This document shows positions 10,921 to 19,490 of a stretch of DNA of 54,165 nucleotides, piece by piece; positions within the stretch are counted from its first letter, which is position 1; each line of letters begins with the position of its first letter. Position numbers and translations under genes: made by a program. The stretch spans positions 73,267 through 127,431 of the IMG/VR virus record IMGVR_UViG_3300000101_000006. The stretch is one strand, 5' to 3'. The stretch is from a virus. The notes under the pieces were generated by a model. It saw only the letters and a program-made list of their open reading frames with translations. It searched no databases and was not told where the DNA came from.

Positions 10921-11856
10921 ATGGAAGCAGATAAATTAAAAATCCTAAATAATATTTTAGGTTATCCAAAGAGACAAGGGCAAAGTGAATACTATTACCA
11001 CTGCCCTTTCTGTAATCATCACAAAAAGAAATTAGCAATCAATTTTAATAACGGGTTTCACTGCTGGATTTGTGATGCGAGAGGCAAGAACATTTACCGA
11101 ATTGTAAGAAAATTCGGCACTTACCAGCAACGACAAAAGTATCTTGAACTACAAGGACGGCTTGATCTAAACGAGTTCGACAATCTATTCAAAGAACTTA
11201 ACAGTATCGAAGAGAAGCAACACATTGACTTGCCCGAAGAGTTCATCTCGTTGTGCAACAAAGACTTGCCAACGGAGACAACAGACGCATTCCGCTATCT
11301 ATCATCTCGAGGCATTGGTCGGAGAGAAATATTAAAATGGAAAATTGGCTATTGTAAGGAGGGCCGTTATGCAGGAAGAATTATTATACCGTCGTTTGAC
11401 ATGGATGGAGATTGCAATTACTTCATCGCTCGCAGTTACGTTGGGCATTCTTATAGGTACCTCAACCCTCCAGCGGATCGTGACATCGTATTTAATGAAT
11501 TGATGATTGACTGGGATGAACCAATCGTTCTCGTCGAAGGTGTGTTTGATGCTATCGCAGCAGGAGAAAACGCAATCCCAATCCTTGGCTCAACCCTTAG
11601 AGAACAGTCACGCTTGTTCCAAGCCATCGCAATCCACGACACACCAGTCTACATGGCTCTTGACTATGACGCCGAGAAGAAAGCGGAATGGATCATCAAG
11701 TCTCTTCTCAAGTATGACCTCGAAGTTTTCAAGATTCCAATTGACGAAGAAGATGTTGGAGAAATGGGCGAGAAAGAGTTTAAAGAGAGAATGCAGACAG
11801 CAGCACCAATCAAGAACGAAATGTATTTCTTTGAAAAACTTTTAGAAAACATTTGA
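10921..11856 (+). CDS. DNA primase (Zn finger + TOPRIM, T4 gp61-like)
   Basis: CPFC..HCWIC Zn finger, RIIIP, LVEGVFDA and ALDYDA TOPRIM motifs; AGGAGG SD. Confidence 0.9.
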   Translation: MEADKLKILNNILGYPKRQGQSEYYYHCPFCNHHKKKLAINFNNGFHCWICDARGKNIYRIVRKFGTYQQRQKYLELQGRLDLNEFDNLFKELNSIEEKQHIDLPEEFISLCNKDLPTETTDAFRYLSSRGIGRREILKWKIGYCKEGRYAGRIIIPSFDMDGDCNYFIARSYVGHSYRYLNPPADRDIVFNELMIDWDEPIVLVEGVFDAIAAGENAIPILGSTLREQSRLFQAIAIHDTPVYMALDYDAEKKAEWIIKSLLKYDLEVFKIPIDEEDVGEMGEKEFKERMQTAAPIKNEMYFFEKLLENI

Positions 11857-11881
11857 CAAGTCATTTGAATCATGTTACATT
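11853..11881 (+). promoter_or_regulatory. sigma70-type promoter
   Basis: TTGACA-17 nt-TACATT with extended TG. Confidence 0.7.
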
Positions 11882-11903
11882 ATTAACAACAACGGAGGAT
11901 AAC

Positions 11904-12737
11904 ATGGGTGGGAACATCTTTAAAAACATCGCAACGACAATTCCTAGAGATAGAGTTGAGCCAACAATAGAAGCATACACTAAGGCACTTGGAGAAATCT
12001 TTCCAATGAAAGCTCATTCTCTCACTTTCTTTAAGCCAGTAGGTTCCGCAGGCAAGAAACCGATCTCTGGTGACTTAGATCTTGCAATCGACTCAACCCA
12101 CATCACACGCTCTTTCACTTCAACTGAATTGCAAAAGTGGGGAATCGAATGGGATGATTGGAACGATCTCTATACAAAGATACACAAACGTTCGCGAACG
12201 GCAACTTATGAAATGTCTAAGATGCGTGCATTGTTGACTCTAATCTCTGCAAAGATTGCGGAGAACAACATTGATGTAAATGATAGAGTTACAGCAGGCA
12301 ACATCTTCACATGCTTTGAGCAGCATGACGATAATGGCCCAACAGGAGAGTTTGTTCAAATTGATTGGATGGTCGGAGACATAGATTGGCTTCAATGGTC
12401 TTACTATTCACATGGAGAAATAAACCTTAAAGGGTTGCACAGGACTCAGTTTTTAGTGGCCTTATTTTCAGAGATTGGATACACATTTAGTCACTTTTCC
12501 GGCATCAAGAAGAAAAAGACCTCAGAATGGACAATTATGTCGCCCGAGGATGCCCTAGAACTTCTTTCAGAGCACTATGGAATGGTAACACATAGCCAAA
12601 CTCAAACATTCGCTCAGCTCCATTCTTGGTTGCTTAAGGCAGATTCGGAAGCTTATTTCAGGGTCATTTCTCGCTACAGAGAAATCCTGAGAATACAAAA
12701 AGAAAACATCCCAAATGCACTCAGGCATACTATTTAG
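11904..12737 (+). CDS. Pol-beta-superfamily nucleotidyltransferase
   Basis: VGSAGKK..SGDLDL (GS..DxD) and a third Asp in VQIDWM; GGAGG SD before ATG 11904. Confidence 0.75.
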   Translation: MGGNIFKNIATTIPRDRVEPTIEAYTKALGEIFPMKAHSLTFFKPVGSAGKKPISGDLDLAIDSTHITRSFTSTELQKWGIEWDDWNDLYTKIHKRSRTATYEMSKMRALLTLISAKIAENNIDVNDRVTAGNIFTCFEQHDDNGPTGEFVQIDWMVGDIDWLQWSYYSHGEINLKGLHRTQFLVALFSEIGYTFSHFSGIKKKKTSEWTIMSPEDALELLSEHYGMVTHSQTQTFAQLHSWLLKADSEAYFRVISRYREILRIQKENIPNALRHTI

Positions 12738-12747
12738 AAATGATTGT

Positions 12748-12818
12748 GGGGATATAGTATAACGGGATTACATCTGCTTTGCACGCAGAAAATTGCAGTT
12801 CGATTCTGCATATCTCCA
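12748..12818 (+). tRNA. tRNA-Ala (UGC), CCA not encoded
   Basis: Acceptor GGGGATA/TATCTCC with G3:U70; anticodon arm TCTGC-TT[TGC]AC-GCAGA; T arm TGCAG-TTCGATT-CTGCA; ACTATTTA at 12729. Confidence 0.93.
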
Positions 12819-12821
12819 CTT

Positions 12822-12850
12822 CCTTCTGTTTTTGGCAGAAGGTTTTTTTT
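12822..12850 (+). terminator. intrinsic terminator after the tRNA
   Basis: CCTTCTG..CAGAAGG stem followed by T8. Confidence 0.8.
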
Positions 12851-12914
12851 GCCTTACAATAGTTCACTTTGGGCTTTTGTAACTAGTTATAAAGTGAACC
12901 ATGGAGAAAGAACA

Positions 12915-13421
12915 ATGTTAAAAGAAGATCTAAAAGTGATGCTTGATTCAGGAAGTAGCATAGCCGATATGTCAAACAAAACAGGGAAGAGTAAAACAAC
13001 GATAAGATATTGGCTAAAAAAGTTTGATTTAAAAACAAAGAACGCCATCTACAACAAAAAGAAAAAATACAAATGTGTTACTTGCGGAGAGACTGATAGA
13101 AAAAAGATGATGTCCAAAGGTGGCGATAGAAAGTCTTTTTCTACTTGCAAATCTTGTCATAACAAAGCGACAATAGATCGTGGCCGTCAGCGTAAAATTG
13201 AACTGGTAAAGCACATGGGCGGGAAATGTGTAGACTGTGGCTACAATAAAAACTATGCAGCGTTTGATTTTCATCACTTAGATGAGACTAAGAAGGATGT
13301 AAATTTTAAAAGTATGAGATACTGGTCATCCGATAGAGCGAAGGATGAAATGAAAAACTGTGTATTGCTGTGTTCCAACTGTCACAGAGAAAGACATAAT
13401 CCAGAACAGAACACTATTTAA
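12915..13421 (+). CDS. HNH endonuclease with N-terminal HTH and Zn fingers (probable homing endonuclease)
   Basis: CVDCG..FDFHH..CVLLCSNCHRERH HNH; SIADMSNKTGKSKTTIRYWLKK HTH; GGAG SD before ATG 12915. Confidence 0.85.
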   Translation: MLKEDLKVMLDSGSSIADMSNKTGKSKTTIRYWLKKFDLKTKNAIYNKKKKYKCVTCGETDRKKMMSKGGDRKSFSTCKSCHNKATIDRGRQRKIELVKHMGGKCVDCGYNKNYAAFDFHHLDETKKDVNFKSMRYWSSDRAKDEMKNCVLLCSNCHRERHNPEQNTI

Positions 13422-13463
13422 TTTAGAACCTATGTTCTTCGGAGCTCTCACGCATCCTCTTAG

Positions 13464-13487
13464 CCTCTCTTCGGAGAGGTTTTTTTT
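13464..13487 (+). terminator. intrinsic terminator
   Basis: CCTCTC-TTCG-GAGAGG followed by T8. Confidence 0.85.
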
Positions 13488-13552
13488 GCATTATAGGCAT
13501 TTAGTGACTATTTAAGTGAAGATCACCAAACCAAAGACTTAGGAGTCCACAA

Positions 13553-13864
13553 ATGAAACTTACAAAAGAAACACTAAAAAGAATCATCAAAGAAGAGATG
13601 ATGCAAGTTATGCATGAAATGGATTCCAACTCACCACCATTGCATCCGGATTTAGAATCATTGCAAAAAGCACTTGAAACTTCAGGCCGATTTAAAATCG
13701 AACCAGACCAGAGAAATCCAGAAGAATTATCTATCGAAACAGAAACTGACGAATGGACTGCTTCCGTGGACCCAGCTGGTGACCTAATTTTGGACTTCGA
13801 CAACAGCAATAGCGAACAAATAGTTGGTAAAGACGAAGCGCTTAAGTTTTTATTAAATCTATAA
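13553..13864 (+). CDS. small acidic protein with MKLTKE leader (putative internal head protein)
   Basis: MKLTKETLKRIIKEE; ACTATTTA at 13507; AGGAG SD. Confidence 0.6.
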   Translation: MKLTKETLKRIIKEEMMQVMHEMDSNSPPLHPDLESLQKALETSGRFKIEPDQRNPEELSIETETDEWTASVDPAGDLILDFDNSNSEQIVGKDEALKFLLNL

Positions 13865-13867
13865 AAA

Positions 13868-14077
13868 ATGAAAGCACTAGACCTTCACGGGTCTAAACAT
13901 AAAGACGCTAAACGCAAACTCGAACTATTTATTAATAGCAATTGGCGCTGTAGAATGAAGGTTGTTACCGGAAACTCAGAAGCCATGAAGGATCTTGTTT
14001 GTTCTTTATTGAACTACTATGATCTAGAATATGAACGAGGCGAGTTCCTCGGTTACATAATTGTTGTAGAGCACTAG
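13868..14077 (+). CDS. stand-alone Smr (small MutS-related) domain protein
   Basis: LDLHG..VVTGNS..G motifs of Smr; 69 aa. Confidence 0.7.
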   Translation: MKALDLHGSKHKDAKRKLELFINSNWRCRMKVVTGNSEAMKDLVCSLLNYYDLEYERGEFLGYIIVVEH

Positions 14078-14085
14078 GAGTTATC

Positions 14086-15003
14086 ATGCTATTAGCCTTA
14101 TTTTTGGCCTGCGGTGGAGACATCGGAATTAGAACAACGGACAAGATCCAAGTCTTAGACACAGCAGTCGACGACACAGACATCACAACGGAAGCTTCCA
14201 CAGAACCTTCACTAGAGCCTTCTAGCGAGCCATCTATCGAACCATCAACGGAACCGTCCAACGAGCCTCTAGAGGGCACTGTTGGTCTTGTAAATTACAA
14301 TCTAGAACAAATTGCTTGTCTACAATGCATGGGTGTTTCTCAAGAAATCACAATTCAGTTCGAAGCAAAGTTTCATGACAAAATAGGCGAGACACATCCA
14401 ACCTGGTATCCACCATCTGGACAATGTGTGAGCTCAATGAACCCTGTGTCCATCTTTGTACAAGGAAAGAACATTGGCTCATCACTCAACGTATTCGGAA
14501 ACCCAAACTCTTTTACAGCATTCAACAACAACTCAAACATTTATAGTGGGTTCTTGACCGAGTCTCAATATGACCGAGACACTCAGATGAACGTACAAAC
14601 TCAAGACGGAACATCATTCCAGTTTAGATCAATTCACGGCTTTGACTTTATCGAGCCATACGAGATGCGCTATGTTGATCCTTCTTATGCCTTCGCAGCA
14701 GTTGTTTCAAAGTTTGGAACACAGTTCTCATGGGGACCATCTGGTGGTCAAGACTTGTTCAACATCACAATCGCAACCTATTCGCCCGATGGTAGTCAAC
14801 TTCTCGGCGTTGTATCATGTTCTGGACCTGATGTTGGATACATGAATTTTGATGGATCTTACTTTCAAGCGTATCCTTATTGGTCACTTACTGCGATTCA
14901 CATGACAAGATTTTCTCAACAAAGAGTTCCATACGAAGGTCTCAATGGCTATGTTGATGTGCAACTTGAATGGTCCGTTGTAGGAACTGGTCATATCGAA
15001 TAA
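14086..15003 (+). CDS. putative lipoprotein with EPS[x] linker repeats
   Basis: MLLALFLA-C lipobox-like start, acidic Thr/Ser/Pro linker, beta-rich body; AGGAG SD. Confidence 0.7.
   Translation: MLLALFLACGGDIGIRTTDKIQVLDTAVDDTDITTEASTEPSLEPSSEPSIEPSTEPSNEPLEGTVGLVNYNLEQIACLQCMGVSQEITIQFEAKFHDKIGETHPTWYPPSGQCVSSMNPVSIFVQGKNIGSSLNVFGNPNSFTAFNNNSNIYSGFLTESQYDRDTQMNVQTQDGTSFQFRSIHGFDFIEPYEMRYVDPSYAFAAVVSKFGTQFSWGPSGGQDLFNITIATYSPDGSQLLGVVSCSGPDVGYMNFDGSYFQAYPYWSLTAIHMTRFSQQRVPYEGLNGYVDVQLEWSVVGTGHIE
14191..14272 (+). repeat. 12-bp tandem coding repeat (EPSx)
   Basis: EAST-EPSL-EPSS-EPSI-EPST-EPSN-EPL. Confidence 0.8.
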
Positions 15004-15045
15004 CTTCCGCTAGTCTCGACACTATTTAATAGTGGAGGGTCTCAT

Positions 15046-15252
15046 GTGGAGAAGTTTGAAGTCGGATGCTTGGTTAAGTTTTTAGAAGATTTTGAGAGCG
15101 AAACGATACCAAATGTTGGAATTGTTTTGGAAGTGATATCTTTTGATGAACTCGTCGGAGAAGATTTGGGCCAAGGCATTACATGGTACTCTGTTTTGTT
15201 CGGAGACATCGACATGGTTGTATCCTCGGAGATGATTATTTTGCTTAGCTAA
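15046..15252 (+). CDS. small hypothetical protein (SH3/KOW-like)
   Basis: GTG start with GGAGG SD; ACTATTTA at 15021; G.LVK..GIVLEV..YSVLF pattern. Confidence 0.5.
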   Translation: MEKFEVGCLVKFLEDFESETIPNVGIVLEVISFDELVGEDLGQGITWYSVLFGDIDMVVSSEMIILLS

Positions 15253-15253
15253 C

Positions 15254-15282
15254 TTGACAGAACGGTTGCAACATGTTATATT
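15254..15282 (+). promoter_or_regulatory. sigma70-type promoter
   Basis: TTGACA-17 nt-TATATT with extended TG. Confidence 0.7.
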
Positions 15283-15305
15283 ATCTTATACGATGGAGGT
15301 ATAAC

Positions 15306-15626
15306 ATGAATAAATTTATAGATGACGGCATCAAGAAGGGTTACGAGTTTCTCGTAATAGAACCACAAGAATGTTACAACGAATCAATTGTTGCGTTCGA
15401 CAAGGGTCGACTGGTCTATGATACAGAACAATTGATGGATTGTTCGAGGAAATATTATGAGTGGGAATATGAGACTGCTATCGAGTGGTTTGAATACAAC
15501 ACCCTATCTCTCACCTACATGGAGGGTGGACCACTTTTTTTTGAAGAAGATGAGCAATTCTACTTGACACATAACGATGAACGTGTTACATTAGAAGTAC
15601 GAAACAAAATCCTGGAGGATAAATGA
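15306..15626 (+). CDS. acidic hypothetical phage protein
   Basis: GGAGGT SD before ATG 15306; VYD..EYETAIEWFEYN..GGPLF. Confidence 0.55.
   Translation: MNKFIDDGIKKGYEFLVIEPQECYNESIVAFDKGRLVYDTEQLMDCSRKYYEWEYETAIEWFEYNTLSLTYMEGGPLFFEEDEQFYLTHNDERVTLEVRNKILEDK
15564..15592 (+). promoter_or_regulatory. sigma70-type promoter (inside the upstream CDS)
   Basis: TTGACA-17 nt-TACATT with extended TG, 30 nt before the Mre11-Rad50 start. Confidence 0.65.
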
Positions 15627-18600
15627 AACGAATCGCACACATATCAGACACACATATCAGAAACCTCAAATACCATGACGAATATCGTCACGTCTTTAAG
15701 GAAATTTACGACAGTCTAAAGCAAGAGCAGCCAGATTATATCGTCCACACAGGTGACTTGGCTCACACGAAGACCCAGTTGTCTCCGGAGTACTTCGAGG
15801 TCGCATCAAACTTCCTTAAGTCTTTAGCAGATATTGCCCCAACTATTATGATCTTGGGGAACCACGATGGTAATTTAAAAAATGGAGACCGTCAAGATGC
15901 AGTCACGCCAATCATCGCAGCACTGCAGCATCCAAACTTCACTTTGCTGAAGAACTCTGGTGAATACTCCCCAGAACAAGGTTTGACCTTTAATGTTCTT
16001 TCTGTATTTGATAGAGACAATTGGCAAAAGCCATCGAACAATAGTTCTGTAAATATTGCTTTGTACCATGGCGCCATACAGGGTTCTCTAGTAGGCTCAG
16101 ATTTTTCCTTAGATCATGGGGAGGATGACGCGTCAATCTTCACAGACTTTGATTATGCTATGTTGGGAGATATTCATAGAACCCAATATCTAGATCGCGA
16201 AAAGCGAGTATGGTATGCTGGCTCTACCGTTCAGCAGAACTTTGGAGAAAGCGAACTCAAAGGATATCTTATTTGGAACATTCACTCAAAAGACAAGCAT
16301 AGTGTTGAGAAACGCTTGTTCCGATCTCCGCGTCCGTTTATAACTGTTGAGCTAAACAAGGATGGGACACTACCCAAGAGAGATGTACCTCGAAGTTCTA
16401 GGTTGCGATTGGTATCAAAATACAATTTGCCCGTGGCGAAGCTCAAGAGGGCTTGTGATTACGCACAAGTTAAGTGGAAGCCATACTCTGTTAGTTTTGT
16501 AAACAAAGCGTCACATAGCTCCATGGGAGCCTTAGGTGATGGTAAATTAGGCAAAGCAATCAACATGAGAGATGAGAAGAATCAAGAAAAGTTCTTGATT
16601 GAATTCTTGAAGACAAAAGAAATAGAAGAACAAATCAAAGATCGAGTTTTAGAGTTGTCTCGCGAGTACTTGAAGAAAGTAAGCAATGGTAATGACGTGT
16701 CAAGAAATGTTCTTTGGGATATTAGGAAAATGACTTGGAACAACCTATTTAATTACGGAAAGGGCAATTCTATTGATTTCAGCAAGCTAAATGGTCTTGT
16801 TGGTATCTTCGGAAAAAACTATTCAGGCAAGTCATCTATCATTGACGCTGCCTTGTTTGGGCTCTTTAATACAACATCCAAAGGAGAAAGAAAGAATGTC
16901 CATATCATCAATCAAAACAAGGAAAGAGCTATTTGTAACCTCGAGATCGCTGTCGGCGATGATGTTTATCAAATTACTCGAAGCCTCGAGAAAACAACCG
17001 GAAAGTCTAAAGGCAGGGAAGTCGTCTCGGCGAAAACTGAACTAGACTTCACAAAGCTTACTCTTGGGACTCAAGCAGAGTCCAAGAATGGCGATACTCG
17101 AAATAAGACAGATGAGAACATTCGAAAGACTTTTGGGTCGCTTGAAGACTTCATGATGACCTCCCTAGCAGCACAGAACGACTCTTTTGGTTTTCTAAAC
17201 GAAGGATCAACCAAGCGCAAAGAGATACTTGCGAAGTTTCTTGACTTGCAAATCTTTGATCAAATGCACAAACTAGCTAAGTCAGATTCGTCAGAAATGC
17301 GGGGAGTCATCAAGCATCTAAATTCAGTTGATTGGTCCAAGAAGTTGGATAGAGCCAAAAGTGAATTTGAAGAAATAGTTGAAGATGTCGAAACACAACA
17401 GTTACTATGCGAAAAGCATACCGCCAGACTACAAGTGTTAAATGAAGAGCAGCAACTCATAAAAGAGCAAGTCGAAGCAGCATCTCAAAAAGACATCGAT
17501 ATTGATGCTTTAAAGAATACACTCTCAAAGGCTCAAAAATCCCTCCTAAAGAACTCTACCGAAATGGATAGACTATCTACCGAGATTAAGTCTAAGCGCT
17601 CGCAAATCGAAGCTTTGCACCTTAGATTGCCTAGTTTACTAGAAGAGTCAACTCTTGCTCAAGAAGAACTTGATACTCTCGAGATATTAAAGGAAGAACT
17701 TAAAAAGACTCAAAAGTCCCTAGATAAGTCAAAGCGAGAAAAAGCAAACCTTCAGTCCAAGATCGATATGCTCCATGACCACGAGTATGACCCAGATTGC
17801 AAATTCTGTTCTGATAATGAATTTGTCAAAAAGGCAGAAGAAGCAAAGGTTACCATTGTGGGAGTAGAGGATCGTGTTGAGACTCTTGTTTCTCAAATGC
17901 TTGACCTTAAGATGAAAGCATCATTGATCAATGAAGTTTATTTGAAAGCAGTTGTTAGAGACTACGAAGCAAGAAAGGACACATTGGCCAAAGCAAAGGC
18001 GGATTCTCGCAACCTATCTCTACAGCGGGAGAATTGCGAAGGCAAGGTTTCTCTTATGGAACGTAGAATTAAAGATTGTGAAGCAGATATTGCTTATTAT
18101 AACGATAACATCGAAGCCTATGAAAACTTAACTTCATTGCGTCGAGACCTGCAGGCTATAACTAAGACAGTCTCCATCAAGCAATCTGAGATTAAAAAGT
18201 GTGATGCGAAAGTTTTAGAGTTTATGTCCGAGAAGGGTTCTGCGAAGAGAACCATTGAAGAAGCGCAAGAGCGGATAAAACAGATTAAAGATGCCGAGAG
18301 AGATTATATAGCCTACGACTTGTTTGTGCAAGCAACTCATGCAAATGGAATCTCTTATGAGGTAATCAAATCTATGCTTCCAGTTATCAACGAAGAAATC
18401 CAAAAAATACTTTCTTCAATTGTTGACTTCCAAGTGTTCTTCGCAGAGGATGGAGATAAATTAGAAATATATTTGCAACATCCAAAATACGATCCTAGAC
18501 CATTGTCCATGGGATCAGGCGCAGAAAAAACTATTGCTTCTATGGCTGTTCGTCTCGCACTAATCTCAGTGTCTTCTTTACCAAAACCATCACTGTTTGT

Positions 18601-18784
18601 TCTAGACGAACCAGCAACTGCTCTGGATGCGGATCACATGGAGGGCTTTACAAGATTGTTGCAGATGATTAAGGCTCAATTTAAGACTGTTCTGCTAATT
18701 ACTCACCTAGATACATTGAAAGATGTCGTTGATAAAACAATTGAAATCGATAAGTCTGATGGGTATGCGCACGTCAATTTGTAA
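15623..18784 (+). CDS. fused Mre11/SbcD nuclease - Rad50/SbcC ATPase (T4 gp47+gp46-like)
   Basis: SDTH, GDL, GNHD, YHG, GDIH phosphoesterase motifs; Walker A GKNYSGKS; coiled coil with CKFC Zn hook; GSGAE signature; Walker B FVLDEP; ITH. Confidence 0.92.
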   Translation: MKRIAHISDTHIRNLKYHDEYRHVFKEIYDSLKQEQPDYIVHTGDLAHTKTQLSPEYFEVASNFLKSLADIAPTIMILGNHDGNLKNGDRQDAVTPIIAALQHPNFTLLKNSGEYSPEQGLTFNVLSVFDRDNWQKPSNNSSVNIALYHGAIQGSLVGSDFSLDHGEDDASIFTDFDYAMLGDIHRTQYLDREKRVWYAGSTVQQNFGESELKGYLIWNIHSKDKHSVEKRLFRSPRPFITVELNKDGTLPKRDVPRSSRLRLVSKYNLPVAKLKRACDYAQVKWKPYSVSFVNKASHSSMGALGDGKLGKAINMRDEKNQEKFLIEFLKTKEIEEQIKDRVLELSREYLKKVSNGNDVSRNVLWDIRKMTWNNLFNYGKGNSIDFSKLNGLVGIFGKNYSGKSSIIDAALFGLFNTTSKGERKNVHIINQNKERAICNLEIAVGDDVYQITRSLEKTTGKSKGREVVSAKTELDFTKLTLGTQAESKNGDTRNKTDENIRKTFGSLEDFMMTSLAAQNDSFGFLNEGSTKRKEILAKFLDLQIFDQMHKLAKSDSSEMRGVIKHLNSVDWSKKLDRAKSEFEEIVEDVETQQLLCEKHTARLQVLNEEQQLIKEQVEAASQKDIDIDALKNTLSKAQKSLLKNSTEMDRLSTEIKSKRSQIEALHLRLPSLLEESTLAQEELDTLEILKEELKKTQKSLDKSKREKANLQSKIDMLHDHEYDPDCKFCSDNEFVKKAEEAKVTIVGVEDRVETLVSQMLDLKMKASLINEVYLKAVVRDYEARKDTLAKAKADSRNLSLQRENCEGKVSLMERRIKDCEADIAYYNDNIEAYENLTSLRRDLQAITKTVSIKQSEIKKCDAKVLEFMSEKGSAKRTIEEAQERIKQIKDAERDYIAYDLFVQATHANGISYEVIKSMLPVINEEIQKILSSIVDFQVFFAEDGDKLEIYLQHPKYDPRPLSMGSGAEKTIASMAVRLALISVSSLPKPSLFVLDEPATALDADHMEGFTRLLQMIKAQFKTVLLITHLDTLKDVVDKTIEIDKSDGYAHVNL

Positions 18785-18819
18785 GTGTCTCGACTATTTA
18801 GTTCCAAAATGGAGGTACC

Positions 18820-19125
18820 ATGATGGGACTGAAAGAAGACATAGCTGAAAAGCTAGCAGGTATTGACTGCAAAGATAAGATTAAGGAGACTCTGAATGAA
18901 CACAAAGAAGACATTCAGAGAGCTCTTTATCTTGATACAAAAGACAAAGGATTATTTGATGCAGTTCAGGAAAAAGTTATTTCTCGCAAGCTGCTTGTAT
19001 TTGGTGTGGCTACTGGGTTACTTTATTGGAACACAGGTCTTGATGCCGATACTTGGGGCATGATCGCAATGACCTACATCGGTGGACAAACCGCAATAGA
19101 CTTTGCGAAGGTATGGAAAGGATGA
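18820..19125 (+). CDS. putative holin (two TM segments)
   Basis: SRKLLVFGVATGLLY..WGMIAMTYIGGQTAID; late motif at 18793; GGAGG SD. Confidence 0.5.
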   Translation: MMGLKEDIAEKLAGIDCKDKIKETLNEHKEDIQRALYLDTKDKGLFDAVQEKVISRKLLVFGVATGLLYWNTGLDADTWGMIAMTYIGGQTAIDFAKVWKG

Positions 19126-19490
19126 TTGAATGGTTAAAAGATAAGTGGGAATTACTAGTATCAGCCTTTGTTGTGCTGACTGTCTTTGTTCTCGGTCGTA
19201 AAAGCAAGCAATCACAAGTCCAAGCCGCCGAAGCAAAATCGGCAGCAAAAGAAAAAGAAATCGAAGTAATTACAAAGACAGCTTCAGACGAAAGACTAGA
19301 GAAGGCTCTAGCAAGAAAAAAATATTCTGAATCACGACTTGCTTTAATGAAAAAGAGAAACACAGCGCAAACCGATTTGGAAAGACACGACATTGAAAGA
19401 AAGCTTGAACTCATCGAGTTGGCCAAAGAAGATCCTGATGCGATAGATCGTATCTTGATGGAAGAATACAATATCGCAAAACTAAAATGA
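19122..19490 (+). CDS. membrane-anchored coiled-coil protein (spanin-like?)
   Basis: N-terminal TM followed by a charged coiled coil; ATGA overlap with the holin-like gene. Confidence 0.45.
   Translation: MIEWLKDKWELLVSAFVVLTVFVLGRKSKQSQVQAAEAKSAAKEKEIEVITKTASDERLEKALARKKYSESRLALMKKRNTAQTDLERHDIERKLELIELAKEDPDAIDRILMEEYNIAKLK

Noticed and set aside
12744-12914. 5' extension of the HNH ORF in the ORF track
   Set aside because: Overlaps the tRNA and its terminator; the real start is probably ATG 12915 with a GGAG SD
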